Below the pieces are notes generated by a model. That model did no database searches and was not told the DNA's origin. It saw only the letters and a list, made by a program, of their open reading frames with translations. The position numbers and the translations under genes were made by a program. From assembly GCF_964204645.1 (NCBI RefSeq), contig NC_134034.1, positions 2,170,072 to 2,234,071 of the forward strand: a stretch of DNA of 64,000 nucleotides. Reading direction: 5' to 3'. The first letter of the stretch is position 1, and each line of letters opens with the position of its first letter. Positions 9,378-23,767 of the stretch are shown here, in pieces. Source of the DNA: Tubulanus polymorphus. Its lineage: Eukaryota; Animalia; Nemertea.

Positions 9378-12300
9378 ATGTTGTTCAGTATGGATCGACT
9401 GAGAGCGCTGTATATAGCGTCGCTGGTCGCCTGGACAGGTAACATCGCACACGGTGGCCCGTCTGATTTCTTGACAGTCAGTTCGTCTTGTAACAACACT
9501 TGGTACCCCATCGATTCTACGTCCGGTTACCTCGCTTCACCGAATTATCCGTCGTTAAAGCGCGGTGTTGAATGTCATTGGTTCATTAACAGCTCCTTAC
9601 CTGGAACGTTTCGTGTCCGAGTTTACCACGACATCGAGCCGTCAATATTCTGCAGTGATAATTACCTTCTCGTCGATGAATCTGATCACATATTCTGCGG
9701 TGAAGGAGATCATGAAATCCGTCGAAACGATTCGATCTCGTTAATGTTCAGTAGTAACGTCAATGGTGCGCGAGGTAGTCGGGTTTATATGGTTTATCGT
9801 TACGAACGAAGCCGTTTGAATTTAAGTCACAACTGTAAAGAAATATATCATTTTAGAATTAACAAGTTACAAGCGTCGAACGGGTACAAATTCGATATCA
9901 ACGGATTACGATGCTCGCTCTATTTAGAATGGATGGGACTTGCAGATCATTTTGCATTGAATCTGACATTCATTGCTGTAAGCTTCAGGTTACAAAAAAT
10001 TTTTGAAACGGCCTCAGTCAAAATCCATAATGGCTGGAACACCGGAAGTGAACCTATCGCCAATATACATGAACAAACTGGACTACCTCCGGTAACAATT
10101 TATACAAAAACCAACAAGGCCGTCATCAAAGGTTTGCCGTATTATTTTCTATTTCAAACGCAATTACTAGTGCAAATCTACAAAATATCAGATTGGAACG
10201 TCACTAATCCATTGATTCAGATTTCTAATAAGGAGTCGGGAGTGCTTGTTCCTGATGATAAGAGTTTACACGTAATAACTCGATCAAAACACTTACACTG
10301 CTGGTCTATCACAGTGATCGTGTTGCAGTACGTCATCTTCAACTGGACACGTGATCTCATTACTTCCGGTGACGTCATCGGTGTTTATAAACTAGAAGGG
10401 TTACGCGTTGTAGGAACTGATATTTTACTGGGTAAAAACTACCTCGAGTCGCTTAGTGTTAAATCCGACGGCTTTCTAGTCGTACTGTGCGTTTTACTGT
10501 CGGAAAAACTAACGGAGTCTCAAACACAAGTGTTCTTTAAAATGGAACAGGTATCGAAGGCGGATGTTCGGCTAGTCACTATGAAAGTAAGTACACAAAT
10601 TAAGTTCTGAAAAAGGGTCTCGGCCGTTTTTTAATCGAATTATTTTTAGATACGAATTTCTAATGATTCTGATTTTCTTTTACTTCAGCCTACGACGCAT
10701 TGTCGACCTTTTCAAATGTTCCAAACGAAAAACAAACCGACGATCTCGTATCAAGCGATTGAAATAAAGTTCACATTGAAAGTCGATATTTCTGACTACG
10801 ATTTTCGCATGTTGGTTTTATCGGAGAATTGCGAACGAGCCGGATTTTACATATACGACGGTGGTAATTTGACGGCCAGACGCTACGGACCGTATTGTCC
10901 TAGTTCAAACAGATACGACCGTAACGTCGTCAGTCTGATTACATCAGGTGGTCCCGTTACTATGGTAGCGTACGCTTACAAATGGGACGGACGGTTGACG
11001 GAAAATAGCTTCCATGACTATCTAAAATTTCAACCGACGGACTGTACGGGGTACGTTCTACAGGAAGGAGAGAGTCGGATAAATATGACGTCACACTGTC
11101 TCGTCATCACACCTAAAAACCGACGCCTGCCCTTAAAGTACATTTACATATTGTCAGAACACGAATATCAAATCGATCGATGTTTTCCTGGAAATGGGAA
11201 GAGGACACCGTGCAAAAGATACTTAGATTTAACTAGCCAGTTTCTCAATAACAGTCTCGTATTGAACACTGTGACTTTACGCACTGACAATAAGTTCTGG
11301 CAATATCAACTAACAATTAAACTACGTCGTGAATGTCAACGTCTTAAGATGCCAACAGCTATTGGAATGATGTTACGTGACAGAGATGAATGTGGAATCA
11401 TACAGTCACCGAACTACCCGGGTCGCACAATCCTCGGTGCGCAATCACTAATCTATAATTTTCGGTACACTTCATATAGACCTAAAATTGAATACAAATA
11501 TTACAGATTCGTTATCAAATACATGGAAAATACGCCGTGCTCAAAGGCATCTCCACTAGACAAAGATCCGATCATTTTCACTCAAATGATGTATAGTCTA
11601 CGCGAACAAAGGCAACTTAACCAAAAGATATGTAGAGTTAATCATCCATTACCTGGTAGCATATTTCACAGTTTGAGCTATAATGCTGTCTCCTTCGTGG
11701 TAAACGCTAACGTCCCAACATTCCAAATACAATATACTTTAGAAGAAGAACCACAGATCGACGCGAAAGCCTGTAGTCCGGGATTCTTGGACTCCGGTTA
11801 TTTTGCTTGCGTGAAATACATCAAACACGAACGTATGAATTGGGAGAATGCTGAATTGTACTGTAGACAGAAATACGCGGGACATCTTCTCAGCATCAAC
11901 ACAGAACAGGAGATGATCGCCATCAAAAGGTTATTCGCTACAAAACTTTTACAACAGGCGTATTCACAGGAAGCGCTCATAATAATGATTGGATTAAAAC
12001 TGCAGGTAAATTCTATCTTTGAAGCTTCTTTAATTTGAAGTTAAAGTAAATCACATTAAGTAATGAAATTGGCATTTGGAAGTTATCCTTTCCTTGAAGA
12101 GGGTTAAATGTAACAATATTCGGCGGTAGACTCTAATTTACATATTGCCGTCTGATTGATAGGGTAGATTTTCGCAAGTAAGTAGGCGACAATTTGCCGA
12201 CAGGCCACAAGGCGACCATGTGAATGCAGCGAAATGCTCGTGAGTTCGCAGCTATACTAACTAGTTTTCTACCGTTGTTTTCTTGATTTTTACAGCCGAA

Positions 12301-15300
12301 TACCGCTGGTCACTACTTGTGGACTGATGGCAAACCATTGAGCTATTCAGAGTGGTACAAACCTACAAATAATGAAACGATACCAGAAGTTATTCGAGGA
12401 TTGATATCTCCACTACGAACACAACCGATTAATGACGTCAATATGCCGTGCACAGCGATGATACTAAGTAATCCACGAGGATCGGCGAACTGGGTTCGAT
12501 TCCCGTGTTTAATCGACGAGGTGCACACGACATTTGTTTGCGAATCGGAACTCTATGGTAATGCACAAAATGAAGATCTAACTACTATTGCAAATGATAC
12601 AAAAATAATCGTCAAAAATGCTTTCAACTCACGCTGTGCACGAGGTTGGTTAGGTATAGCTGGAGGATGTTATCAAATACTGACAAACTGGAACCAATTT
12701 CGAGATTCAGATATGAAAACTGCGACTGAGATATGTCGAGGCATTGGTGGTGAAATAGGCGCGATGCCTGCCTTTACGGAAAATGAAGTAAATAATCTAT
12801 TAAATATATTTTACCATCAATACAAATATGGCGCCGTGTTGGTAAGAGATGGCAAGAACAGATCTAGAGCGATACAGCCTTCATTAACCAGGGATGAAAT
12901 AACATTTATCTATAAATTAGTTTGGTCCGTTCCAATCATCGTAAAACCATCAGAAATTAGCGATATACATTCTGTGTTGTGTTCCCACAATGCAACTGGG
13001 GAAATAGCTTATATAAGCGGTTGCAAATCCTGGCAATATGAATGTAACGATGGACGATGTATCAGCGACCATCGTGTATGTGATACTAGAAAGGATTGCC
13101 AAAACGGCGAAGATGAACTCAATTGTACGGATATGAATCTGCTCAGTCAATTCCGTTGTAATGATGGACTGGTCATATCAATAAGTGGTCTTTGTGACTT
13201 CATACAGGATTGTTCGGATGATTTTGACGAGAAGACGTGTTTTCATCCCCCGTGTCTGCCCGAACAATATCGCTGTGACAGTGGTCAATGTGTTGATATG
13301 TCCAACATATGTGACGGAGTTGGAAATTGTTTTGACGGCTCGGATGAAATTGGATGCACTGCTCAACTGTGTCAAGGCTTTCTGTGTAACAGTGGAGACT
13401 GCATAAGTCGCCAGTTATATCAGGATGGTGTCGTGGATTGCAGTGGAAGCCTCGAAGAAGATGAATTATTAACATCAACTAATATAACAGTGGATCCTAC
13501 GATTCAGTGCAATAATGATAATCACTGTACGACTAATTTCACAAACCTCTGTGCAGAATTTGATGAACAAAGATGTTCATTCAATTCCCCGCATTGCTAT
13601 TCTAGACGCCACAGATGTGTTCTTGAAAGGATGTTATTCGGCTACCCAGTTTGTAGAAATCTCGAGCACGTTTCGAAATGTGAAGAATTTGAATGTCCAG
13701 CTGGTACTGTAAAATGTTCCACATCGTACTGTATACCAATAAGACAGGTGTGCGATGGTCAGCCGGACTGTCCCAATGCAGAAGATGAGAAAAACTGCAC
13801 GGCATTTTCATGTCCAGGAATGTTTAAATGTGGCCACGAAAATCGATGTATTCCACAATTTGAAGTGTGTGATGGTGTTGTGCATTGTAAACATACCACC
13901 GACGATGAAGCTTTCTGTAATGTCACTTGTCCTAACCGTTGTGAATGTCAAGGTCATTCTGTAGACTGTAGAAATGTTGGTCTCACTGATATAACTGACC
14001 TCATCGCAACATCAACTCGGATTCTAATGTTGTCGAATAATAGAATTCTGTTCAATGTGTCGACGTTTTCTTCCTTCGATTATCTCCGTGCGCTTAACAT
14101 CTCCTTCAATGGATTGTCATATGCTTTGCCGAACTCGTTCTCAAACCTACATAATCTAAACACCTTAGACCTCACACATAATATCATAAAATCTTTATCT
14201 GCGAATACGTTTATCGGCTTGTATAATTTAAAGAACCTGTTTCTAACTGGTAATCCAATTCGGTATCTAGAGGGTGGAAGCTTTCGGGGTTTAATTTCGC
14301 TCCCATCTTTGAATCTTCACGGACTACAAATTTCGATACTTGGATCAAATGTATTCACGGGTCTATCCTCAATTACTTCATTGAATATCAGTAACAATAG
14401 AATCAACTTTATCTCAAAATATGTTTTTTCTGGTTTAAGCGAACTTATGTATCTTGATTTAACCAATAATTCAAATTATATTTCGTCAGAAAGTCACATT
14501 TTCGACAACTTAACATCATTAGTCTCCCTGATGTCTGATGCTTACAAATTTTGCTGCATGGCTCCGAAAATTGACCACTGCCTTCCCGAAGCAGATCAAT
14601 TTTCCTCCTGTTCTGACCTGATGAGTAACACAGTCCTCAGAGCGCTCATTTGGGTCATTGCTGCATTTAGTTTCTTCGCGAACAGTTGTGTCATTCTACT
14701 TCGCATTCATGTATCATCATCTGAGACGCGAAACAGATCGCCTGACATCCTCATCATGAATCTGGCTGCTTGTGATTTTATGATGTCGATTTATTTATTC
14801 TTGATCGCAGGAGCCGATTACCTCTACAAAGGAGTTTATTTCCTTAAATCTGAAATTTGGACGGAAAGTTTGTTGTGTCGTTTTGCAGGAATTATTGTTA
14901 CAATCTCATGCGAAGGCTCTTTGACTTTTCTGCTCGTCATAACACGTCATCGATACTCAAAAATTGTCAATCCGTTTTCTGAAAGTTTCATATCTCCGAA
15001 ATATATCACTAGCATTTGCTGTATTTGCTGGCTCATTCTAAGTATAATCTCCTTGCTACCGCTGTCACAGTTGCCGTTCTTCGGCCCGAAATTCTATGGC
15101 ACTACCGGGATTTGTCTACCTATGAATTTGCTAACCATTGACGTCCACGCCTGGCAATATTCTTTGGCCATTTTTGCCGTGTCCAACACGTCCATACTGG
15201 CTACGATAATGACGACATATGTCCAGATGTACAGACACGTATCTGGAAGCAGGTCCGGTTCGGGTAGAATTGACCCTACTGAACTGATTTTGGCACGCAG

Positions 15301-15517
15301 GAGTTTGGTAATAAATCTTTCTAATATATTTTGCTGGCTGCCGATAATCACTGTCCAGTTTTGCGCGGTGTTTATGTTGGAAATACCGAATCAGGTGGCG
15401 GCTTGGCTGGCGGTTCTTTTCTTACCGATCAACTCGTCACTCAATCCCATTCTATACACCATTCTGACAATTGATTTAAAATCCATTCATGCAAAATATA
15501 AACGTCGTCGACACTAA
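9378..15517 (+). CDS. GRL101-like (LDLa-LRR) GPCR with extra CUB and C-type lectin domains, paralog 1 (~1915 aa)
   Basis: Exons 9378-10586, 10689-12005, 12296-15517; both introns GT-AG, phase 0. Signal peptide; CUB (SGYLASPNYP..CHWFI; IYDG...GPYC); CTL (WENAELYC...HLLSI...WTDG); ~7 LDLa-type repeats; LRRNT+LRRs; hinge FCC..QFSSCSDLM; 7TM with CWLP and NPILY. Start could be 9390. Confidence 0.88.
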
Positions 15518-16968
15518 AAGAACTTACGAAAGCTCGTCATTCGCAAAGCGTGGCAAAAAAGCGATCAGAGGTACAAACTCTCCTTATCAAATTACAATAG
15601 CTCTGCGATTGCGGAGAGGAAAACTCTTGCTCAGCGCGAGACAGATTTGTGGATTAAACTGCTGCAGATGCACTCACAATGCATCAGGATGTTTTGTCGT
15701 CGACACCTAAACGAACACGAAAAATATGAAATTACATTGATGACATCGGATGGGCCGGGGTCGCCCGAACTGCTATGTTCATTGATTTCTGTGCGATTCT
15801 TAGGGGAAAAAGCTCTTGTTCAATGCACCTTATAATGTATAATTTATAAAAGTATAATCTTTAAACGCAATCAAAGTTATTCGGTACTCTGTTGATTACT
15901 TTTTGTTGTTTTTGATGATTTTCTTCATTTTCGAATTTCGAATATTGATGGGAATTACTGTGTGACGATTCAGCAAGATACAGCTGCTAATCAGTAGACC
16001 GATAGACATAGAACTAGTTCTTTTGGCTAGCATTCTCGCTTGCCAGGGCTCGATTGCCGCCCTCCGACGCTCACACCGAACACAAACATTGTTCTATTAC
16101 ATACATTGCCCAATATTTCCTAAGCTTAGCGGTCTCCAGTCTATATCATCTAGCCAATCAGGTGCGTTGTATAATTGATAGAGCGAATCTCCTTGTGAAA
16201 AAACAACGCGGCACGTGATTGGCTTAATACATACTTAAGCTGAATAGACGTGCTGGTATTCGTACATTCAGTACAGCCCCTATGCCCTAGAATTTCTGAC
16301 GTGGTTCTCGCGTGGAAGAAAAAAATATAAACATCGGATTAACAAGAGAGTTCCTGCAAATAGGTAGGATCTCTAAGAAAAAGAAGACGAGCTGGTTTTT
16401 TCTGCGCGCGCGTTTCATTGCTACTTCCAGCGCATTGTAAGCGACAAACTCGATTTTCAGCACCAAAAGTAGATCGGACAATCAGATCGGAGTATACAGA
16501 TAGAATATAGAATGAAATAACGAAACAAATGAAACAAATGACTAATAACAGCTACATACAAGGGATATACGGACCTAGTGTCAGTATATATACCATCCAA
16601 TGACGCATTTCTGAACACCCGCAAGGCAATATCCCAACGCAACATCCTGAAACGTTATCAATGCGTCCCAATGAGGCGAGTTAACGCAAAGCCCTAAAAC
16701 ACTGTACCCACAGTACCTGCGTGTAAATATGTGTATATAAACCGTCGCTAATTACGGGGAAATTATTTCGAGCGAAAGAAAAAATTACCGGCCGAATATT
16801 CGAACCGGTTTTTTTTCAGAAATAATTGCTGGCAGCAGCTACGAAAAATATCAATTTCATGAAAATTATCCGCAAATTTCATGATTGGACGAGCTGTAGT
16901 TTGTGTTGAGTTGTTACTCGAGGAAAAGAAATCCTAAATAAAGTTCCACAGATTTATTTCATTCGGTC

Positions 16969-19900
16969 ATGTGTAAGTTGTTCGGTATAGAGCGACAGAA
17001 AGCGCTGTTGATGGCGTCGTTGATCGTCTGGCGAGTGAACATCGCACGCACTGATCCGTCTGATTTCTTGACAGTCAGTTCGTCTTGTAACAACACTTGG
17101 TACCCCATCGATTCTACGTCCGGTTACATCGCTTCACCGAATTATCCTTCGTTAAAGCGCGGTGTTGAATGTCGTTGGTTCATTAACGGCTCCTTACCAG
17201 GAACGTTTCGTGTCCGAGTTTACTACGACATCGAGCCGTCAATATTCTGCAGTGATAACTACCTTCTCGTCGGTGAATATGATCACATATTCTGCGGCGA
17301 TGGAGAGCATGAAATCCGTCGTAACGATTCGGTCTCGTTTATATTCAAAAGTAACGTAGACGGTTCACGTGGTAGTCGGGTTTATATCGTTTATCGTTAT
17401 GAACGAAGCCGTTTGAATTTAAGTCACAACTGTGGAAAATATCATCTTGGGATTGGCAAGTTAGAAACATCGAAGGGGTACAAATTCGATATCGTCCAAT
17501 ATCAATGCAAGCTCTATTTAGAATGGGTGGATCTTACAGATCATTTTGCACTTAATCTTACATTCACAAATGTTAGTTTCAAACCATTCCGTAATTTCGA
17601 AAAGGCCTCCGTGAAAATTCATGACGGCTGGAACACGAGTAGTGAACCTTTTGCCAGTATACCTGAACAAAATGGACAACCGTCGGTTACATATTATACA
17701 AAAACAAACAAGGTCGCCATCGTAGGTTTTCCGCATCAATTTCTGTTCCGTACCAAATTACTGGTACAGATTTACAAAATATCCGATTGGAACGTCATTA
17801 ATCCGTTGATTCATATCTATAATTCTGAGTCTGGAATACTCATTCTCGATGATAAAAGCTTACATGTTAAAACTCGATCAGAACACTTACACTGTTGGGC
17901 TATCACAGTGCAGGTGTTGCAGTACGTCGTCTTCAATTGGACACGTGATCTCGTTACTTCCGGTGACGTTATCGGTGTCTATAAACTGGAAGGGCTACGC
18001 GTTGTAGGAACTGATATTTTACTCGGCTTCAACTACCTCGAGTCGCTTAGCGTCAAATCCGACGGCTTTCTCGTCATACTGTGCGTTTTAAAAAAGGGCG
18101 AACTAACTAAAACCCGAATAGAATTATACTACACAATGGAATCGCTTTCGATGGTGGATGTTAGGTTTTTTACGATAAAAGTAAGTACGATGAATCTACG
18201 GTTTTTCTAAAATGTATCTTAACCAAAAAGTGTTAATTTCTAACCGCTATCTCTATCTCTCCATCTCTCTTCAGCATACGACCCGTCATCGACCATTTCG
18301 GTTGTTCCCAACGAAAAACAAACCGACGATAACGTATATTGTTGCTTCAATAAACTTCACGTTGAAAGTCGATATTTTTGAACTCGATTTACGCATGTTG
18401 GTTTTATCAGAGAACTGCGAACGAGCCGGATTTTACATCTACGACGGTGGTAATTTGACGGCCAGACGCTACGGACCGTATTGTCCTAGTTCTAATAGAT
18501 ACGACCGTAACGTCGTCAGTCTGATTACATCAGGTGGTCCCGTTACTATAGTAGCGTACGCTTACAAATGGGACGGTCGGTTGACGGAAACTAGAAGAGT
18601 TGATGGCGATCTTAAATTTCAACCTACCGACTGTACGGGATTCGTTCTTCAGGAAGGAGAACGTCAGATAAATATGACGTCACACTGTCTCGTCATAACA
18701 CCTAAAAACCGACGCCTGCCCTTAAAGTACATTTACATATTATCAGAACACGAATATCAAATCGACCAATGTTTTCCTGAGAATGAAATTGGAACGCCGT
18801 GCAATAGATTTATGATATTAACCAGCCAGTTTCTCAATAACAGTCTCGTATTGAACACGGTGACTTTACGCACTGTCAACAGGTTCTGGCAGTATCCACT
18901 TATCGTTAAACTACGTAGAAAATGCCAACGTTTGAAGAGGGCATTGGAAAATAACATTGGAACGACGGAACGGGATAAACATGAATGTGGAATCGTACAG
19001 TCGCCAAACTACCCAGGAGTTGCAGGCATGTTTTCATTATCACAACTAATCTATACATTTCAGACCTTGCTGACGTTAAGAGCTCGCCAGGAACACAACT
19101 ATTTCAGATTCGTTATCAAACACATGGAAAATACGCCGTGCTTAAAAGCATCTTCAACAGACAAAGATCCGATTACTGTTATTCAAGTGATGAATACTTT
19201 ACTTCTAAAATGGCACCAGCATCAAAGGATCTGTAGAGTCAATCATCCATTACTTGGAAGCTTATATCACAGTTTAACTAAGGAGGGTGTCTCCTTAGTA
19301 GCAAAAAACCGGGTTCCGACATTCCAAATACAATATACTTTAGAAGAAGAACCACAGATCGACGCGAAAGCCTGCAGTCCGGGATTCTTGGACTCCGGTA
19401 ATTTTTCTTGCGTGAAGTTCATCAAACACGAACGTCTGAATTGGGAGAATGCTGAATTGTACTGTAGACAGAAGTACGCGGGACATCTTCTCAGCATCAA
19501 CTCAGAACAGGAGATGATCGCCATCAAAAGATTATTCGCTACGAAACTTCTACGACAGGCGTATTCAAAGAAAGCGCTCACTATAATGATTGGATTAAAA
19601 CTGCAGGTAAATTTGATTTGCAAATCTTCTTTTATATGAAGTTACGAATAAATATGTGTCGATATTGTTGGAAGTCTTTGTGGTACATGCTGATCGAATG
19701 CACAGCGCACAGAGTGTCCCCTCTTGGTATTACTTTCCTCCGAATTGTTCCGCATGACCCATATTTTTCGTCCGTGTCTGTCTGTCTGTCTTTCAGCTTC
19801 TTAGCTTCGTTAATAGCCACCCCACCAGGACGTACTGCACGTTCACGTGTTTTAAGTATAGCACGACAGAATAGTCTACGTATGTTTTGATTTCTACAAT

Positions 19901-22900
19901 CAAATGAAGAATTAGATGGTTGATTATTTTGTTCGTATTACATGCACCAGTTAAATGCTTCTTAGCACTAATGCGGCGATATTTGATTGTATGCAGATAT
20001 CAATAGCGGCAATGGCTTCAGCAACTACTAATCATAGTCTACTTAATCGCCAACCCAACTTATTTGGTGGGTCAAAGAATTTTTTAAATAATATATACAT
20101 GTATAAAGCGTTTTCCGAGTATTCCATCAGGAACTCGTATTAGCTCTGTGAGTTTAGATAAAAGATCACATTTCGGATATGAAAATATTTCAGATAGTTT
20201 TTCATGTCCGACAGTTGCACGCAGCATTCGGTTCGAATGCCATTGAAATAGACCTTGGTACAGTTACGGTTTGAATCTGTTGCGCATCGATTCAGGTTAA
20301 CTTTTAGTGAATAGTCTCGAAGTGCTTGTTCGAACGAAAGTAATTTGTAATAATCCATTCATGTAGTTGTACTTTTGATATCGGGTTTAAATACCGAAGA
20401 CAGGAAAACAGGTTTTCAATTTCTACATGAAATATCCAAAGGTTTACTTACAATGATGCTGCTAAGCAGAAAGGCCGTTATCGCTGCTTTGCAGCTATAT
20501 CTTCTTTTATTTTTACAGCCAAATACCGTTGGTCATTACATCTGGACTGATGGCAAACCCTTGAGCTACACGGAGTGGTACAGACCTACAAATAACGAAA
20601 CTATACCAGAAGCTATTCGAGGATTGATATCTCATGCAAGAAAACAACCGATTAATGACGTCAATATACCGTTTACGGCGATGGTACTGAATAATCCTCG
20701 AGGTTCAGCGAACTGGGTTCGATTCCCGTGTTTAATCGAAGAGGTGCATGCGACTTTTGTTTGCGAATCAGATCGCTATGATAGTAAGCAGGATGATAAT
20801 CTAACTACGATCGCACATGGAGGCGAATCAAGTGATAAGAATAATACAATGTTGGACGATTTTGATTTCAACTTAACCTGCACTCGAGGTTGGTTAAGTA
20901 TAGCCGGACGATGTTATCAAATACTGACTGACTGGAACACAATTCAAGGTTTAGATATAAAAACTGCGACAGAGATGTGTCAAAACATGCGTGGTGAAAT
21001 AGCTGCGATCACATCTTTTACGAAAAATGAAATAGAGAATTTCATCACTACGTTTAACTTTCAACACCAATATGGCGCAGTGCTAGTAAAGGATGGAATG
21101 AACAGATTTAGAGCGTTACGGCCTTCATTAACCAGGGATGAAATAACATTTATTCATACATTAGTTTGGTCCGTTCCAATCATTGATAACACGACAGAAA
21201 TCGGTGATGTACATTCTGTGTTGTGTTCCCGTAATGTAACCGGTGAAGAGTTATCTTCTTTAAGCGGTTGTAAATCGTGGCAGTTTAAATGTAACGATGA
21301 AAGATGTATCAGCGACCATCGCGTATGTGATACCAGAAACGACTGTCAATACGGTGAAGATGAACTGAATTGTATGGATTTGAATCTACACAGTCATTTC
21401 CATTGTAAGGTTGGACAGGTTATATCAATAAGTGGCTTCTGTGACTTCATACCGGATTGTCCTGATGGCTCTGATGAAAACTCGTGTTTTCATCCGCCGT
21501 GTTTGCCTGAACAATTTCACTGTAAAAATGGTCAATGTGTCAGTAGGTCTGATAGATGTGACGGATTTGGAAACTGTTATGACAACTCGGATGAAATGGG
21601 ATGCACCGCTCAACTGTGTCAAGGCTTTCTATGTAACAGTGGAGACTGCATAAGTCGTCGGTTTTATAAGGATGGTGTCGTGGATTGCACTGGAAGCCTT
21701 GAAGAAGACGAAATAGTAACATCTACTAATATAACCGTGGATCCTACGATTCAGTGCAATAATGAAAATCACTGTGCGACTAATTTCACAAACCTCTGCA
21801 TGGAATCGGATGAACAAAGGTGTTCTTTCAATTCCCCGCATTGCTATTCTATACGTTACAGATGTATTTTGGAAAGGATGTCATTTGGCTACCCAGTTTG
21901 TAGAAATCTTGAACACTTATCAAAATGTGAAGAATTCGAATGTCCAGTTGGAACTGTAAAATGTCCAACATCGTACTGTATACCAATACGACAGATGTGT
22001 GACGGTCAATCAGATTGTCCTAATTCAGAAGATGAACAAGACTGTGAGACTTTTTCATGTCCAGGAATGTTTAAGTGTGGCCACGAAGATCGATGTATTC
22101 CACAATTTGAGGTGTGTGATGGTGTTGTGCATTGCAAAAATACCACCGATGATGAGGCATTTTGTAACGTCACGTGTCCTAGCCGTTGTGAATGTCAAGG
22201 TCATTCTGTAGACTGTAGAAATGTTGGTCTCACTGATATAACTGGCCTCATCACATCATCAACTCGGATTCTAATGCTGTCGAATAACAGAATTCTTTTC
22301 AATGTGTCCACGTTCTCATCTTACGTTTATCTTCGTATGCTCAACATCTCCTTCAATGGATTGTCGTATGCTTTGCCAAACTCGTTCTCAAACCTCAATA
22401 ATCTACACACCTTAGACCTTACGTACAACATCATAATAACCTTACCTGTGAATGCGTTTATCGGCTTGAATAGTTTGAAGGAACTGTTTCTAACTGGAAA
22501 TCCAATTCGATATCTTGAAGATGGAAGCTTTCTGGGCTTGATCTCACTTCCCAGTTTTGATCTTCGTGGACTGCAAGTTTCCGTACTTGGTGCAAATGTA
22601 TTCAGAGGTTTGTCCTCAATTATTACATTGAATATCAGCAATAATAGAATCAACTATATGTCGAAATATGCTTTCTCTGGTTTAAGCAAACTAATGCATC
22701 TCGATTTAACTAATAATTCCAATTTCATTTCCACAGAAATAAGCCCCTTCGACAACCTGACATCTTTAGTCTTTCTAACATCTGATGCTTACAAATTTTG
22801 CTGCATGGCTCCGAATGTTGACCGCTGCCTTCCCGCAGCAGATCAATTTTCCACCTGCTCTGACCTGATGAGTAACGCTGTACTGAGAGCGATCATCTGG

Positions 22901-23767
22901 GTCATCGCTGCGTTCAGTTGCTTTGCGAACAGTATTGTCATTATATTTCGCTTTAAAGTCTTATCAACCGGAACGTGCCACAGATCTTCGGACATCCTCA
23001 TCATAAATCTCGCTGCTTGTGATTTCATGATGTCGATTTATTTATTCTTGATCGCAGGAGCCGATTACGTTTATCAAGGCGTTTATTTCCTTAATTCTGA
23101 AATGTGGACGGGCAGTTCAATGTGTCATGTTGCAGGGATATTGGTTACTGTCTCTTGTGAAGGCTCTTTGACTTTTCTACTCGTCCTAACACGTCATCGA
23201 TACTCGAACATCGTTGATCCATTCTCTAATAGTGCGTTCACAACTCCCAACTATACCACCAGTATTTGCTCTATTTGCTGGCTCATTCTGAGTATAATCT
23301 CTTTGTTACCGCTGTCTCAATCTTCGTACTTCGGTACGAAATTCTATGGCACTACCGGAGTTTGTTTGCCTATGAATTTACTGACCATTGACGTCCACGC
23401 CTGGCAATATTCTTTGAGCATTTTTGCCGTGTCCAACTCGTTCATACTGGCAATGATAATGGCGACGTATGCGCAGATGTACAGACACGTATCTGGAAGC
23501 AGGTCTTGTTCGGGTAGAATTGACCCCACTGAACTAATTTTGGCCCGTAGGAGTTTGGTGATAAATCTTTCAAATTTATTTTGCTGGCTGCCGATGATAA
23601 CCGTTCAGTTTTGCGCGGTGTTTCGGGTAGACATACCGAATCAGGTGGCGGCTTGGCTGGCGGTTCTTTTCTTACCGATCAACTCGTCCCTCAATCCCAT
23701 TCTTTACACCATACTGACTATCGATTTGAAATCCATACAAGCAAAATATAAACGTCGGCGACACTAA
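16969..23767 (+). CDS. GRL101-like CUB-CTL-LDLa-LRR GPCR, paralog 2 (~1930 aa)
   Basis: Exons 16969-18180, 18275-19606, 20519-23767; same intron positions/phases and domain order as paralog 1; ends IDLKSIQAKYKRRRH. Confidence 0.88.

Noticed and set aside
9273-20518. ORF-track starts at 9273, 10716, 12317, 18212, 20375 as separate genes
   Set aside because: Non-ATG, internal or intronic starts; splice sites join them into two 3-exon genes
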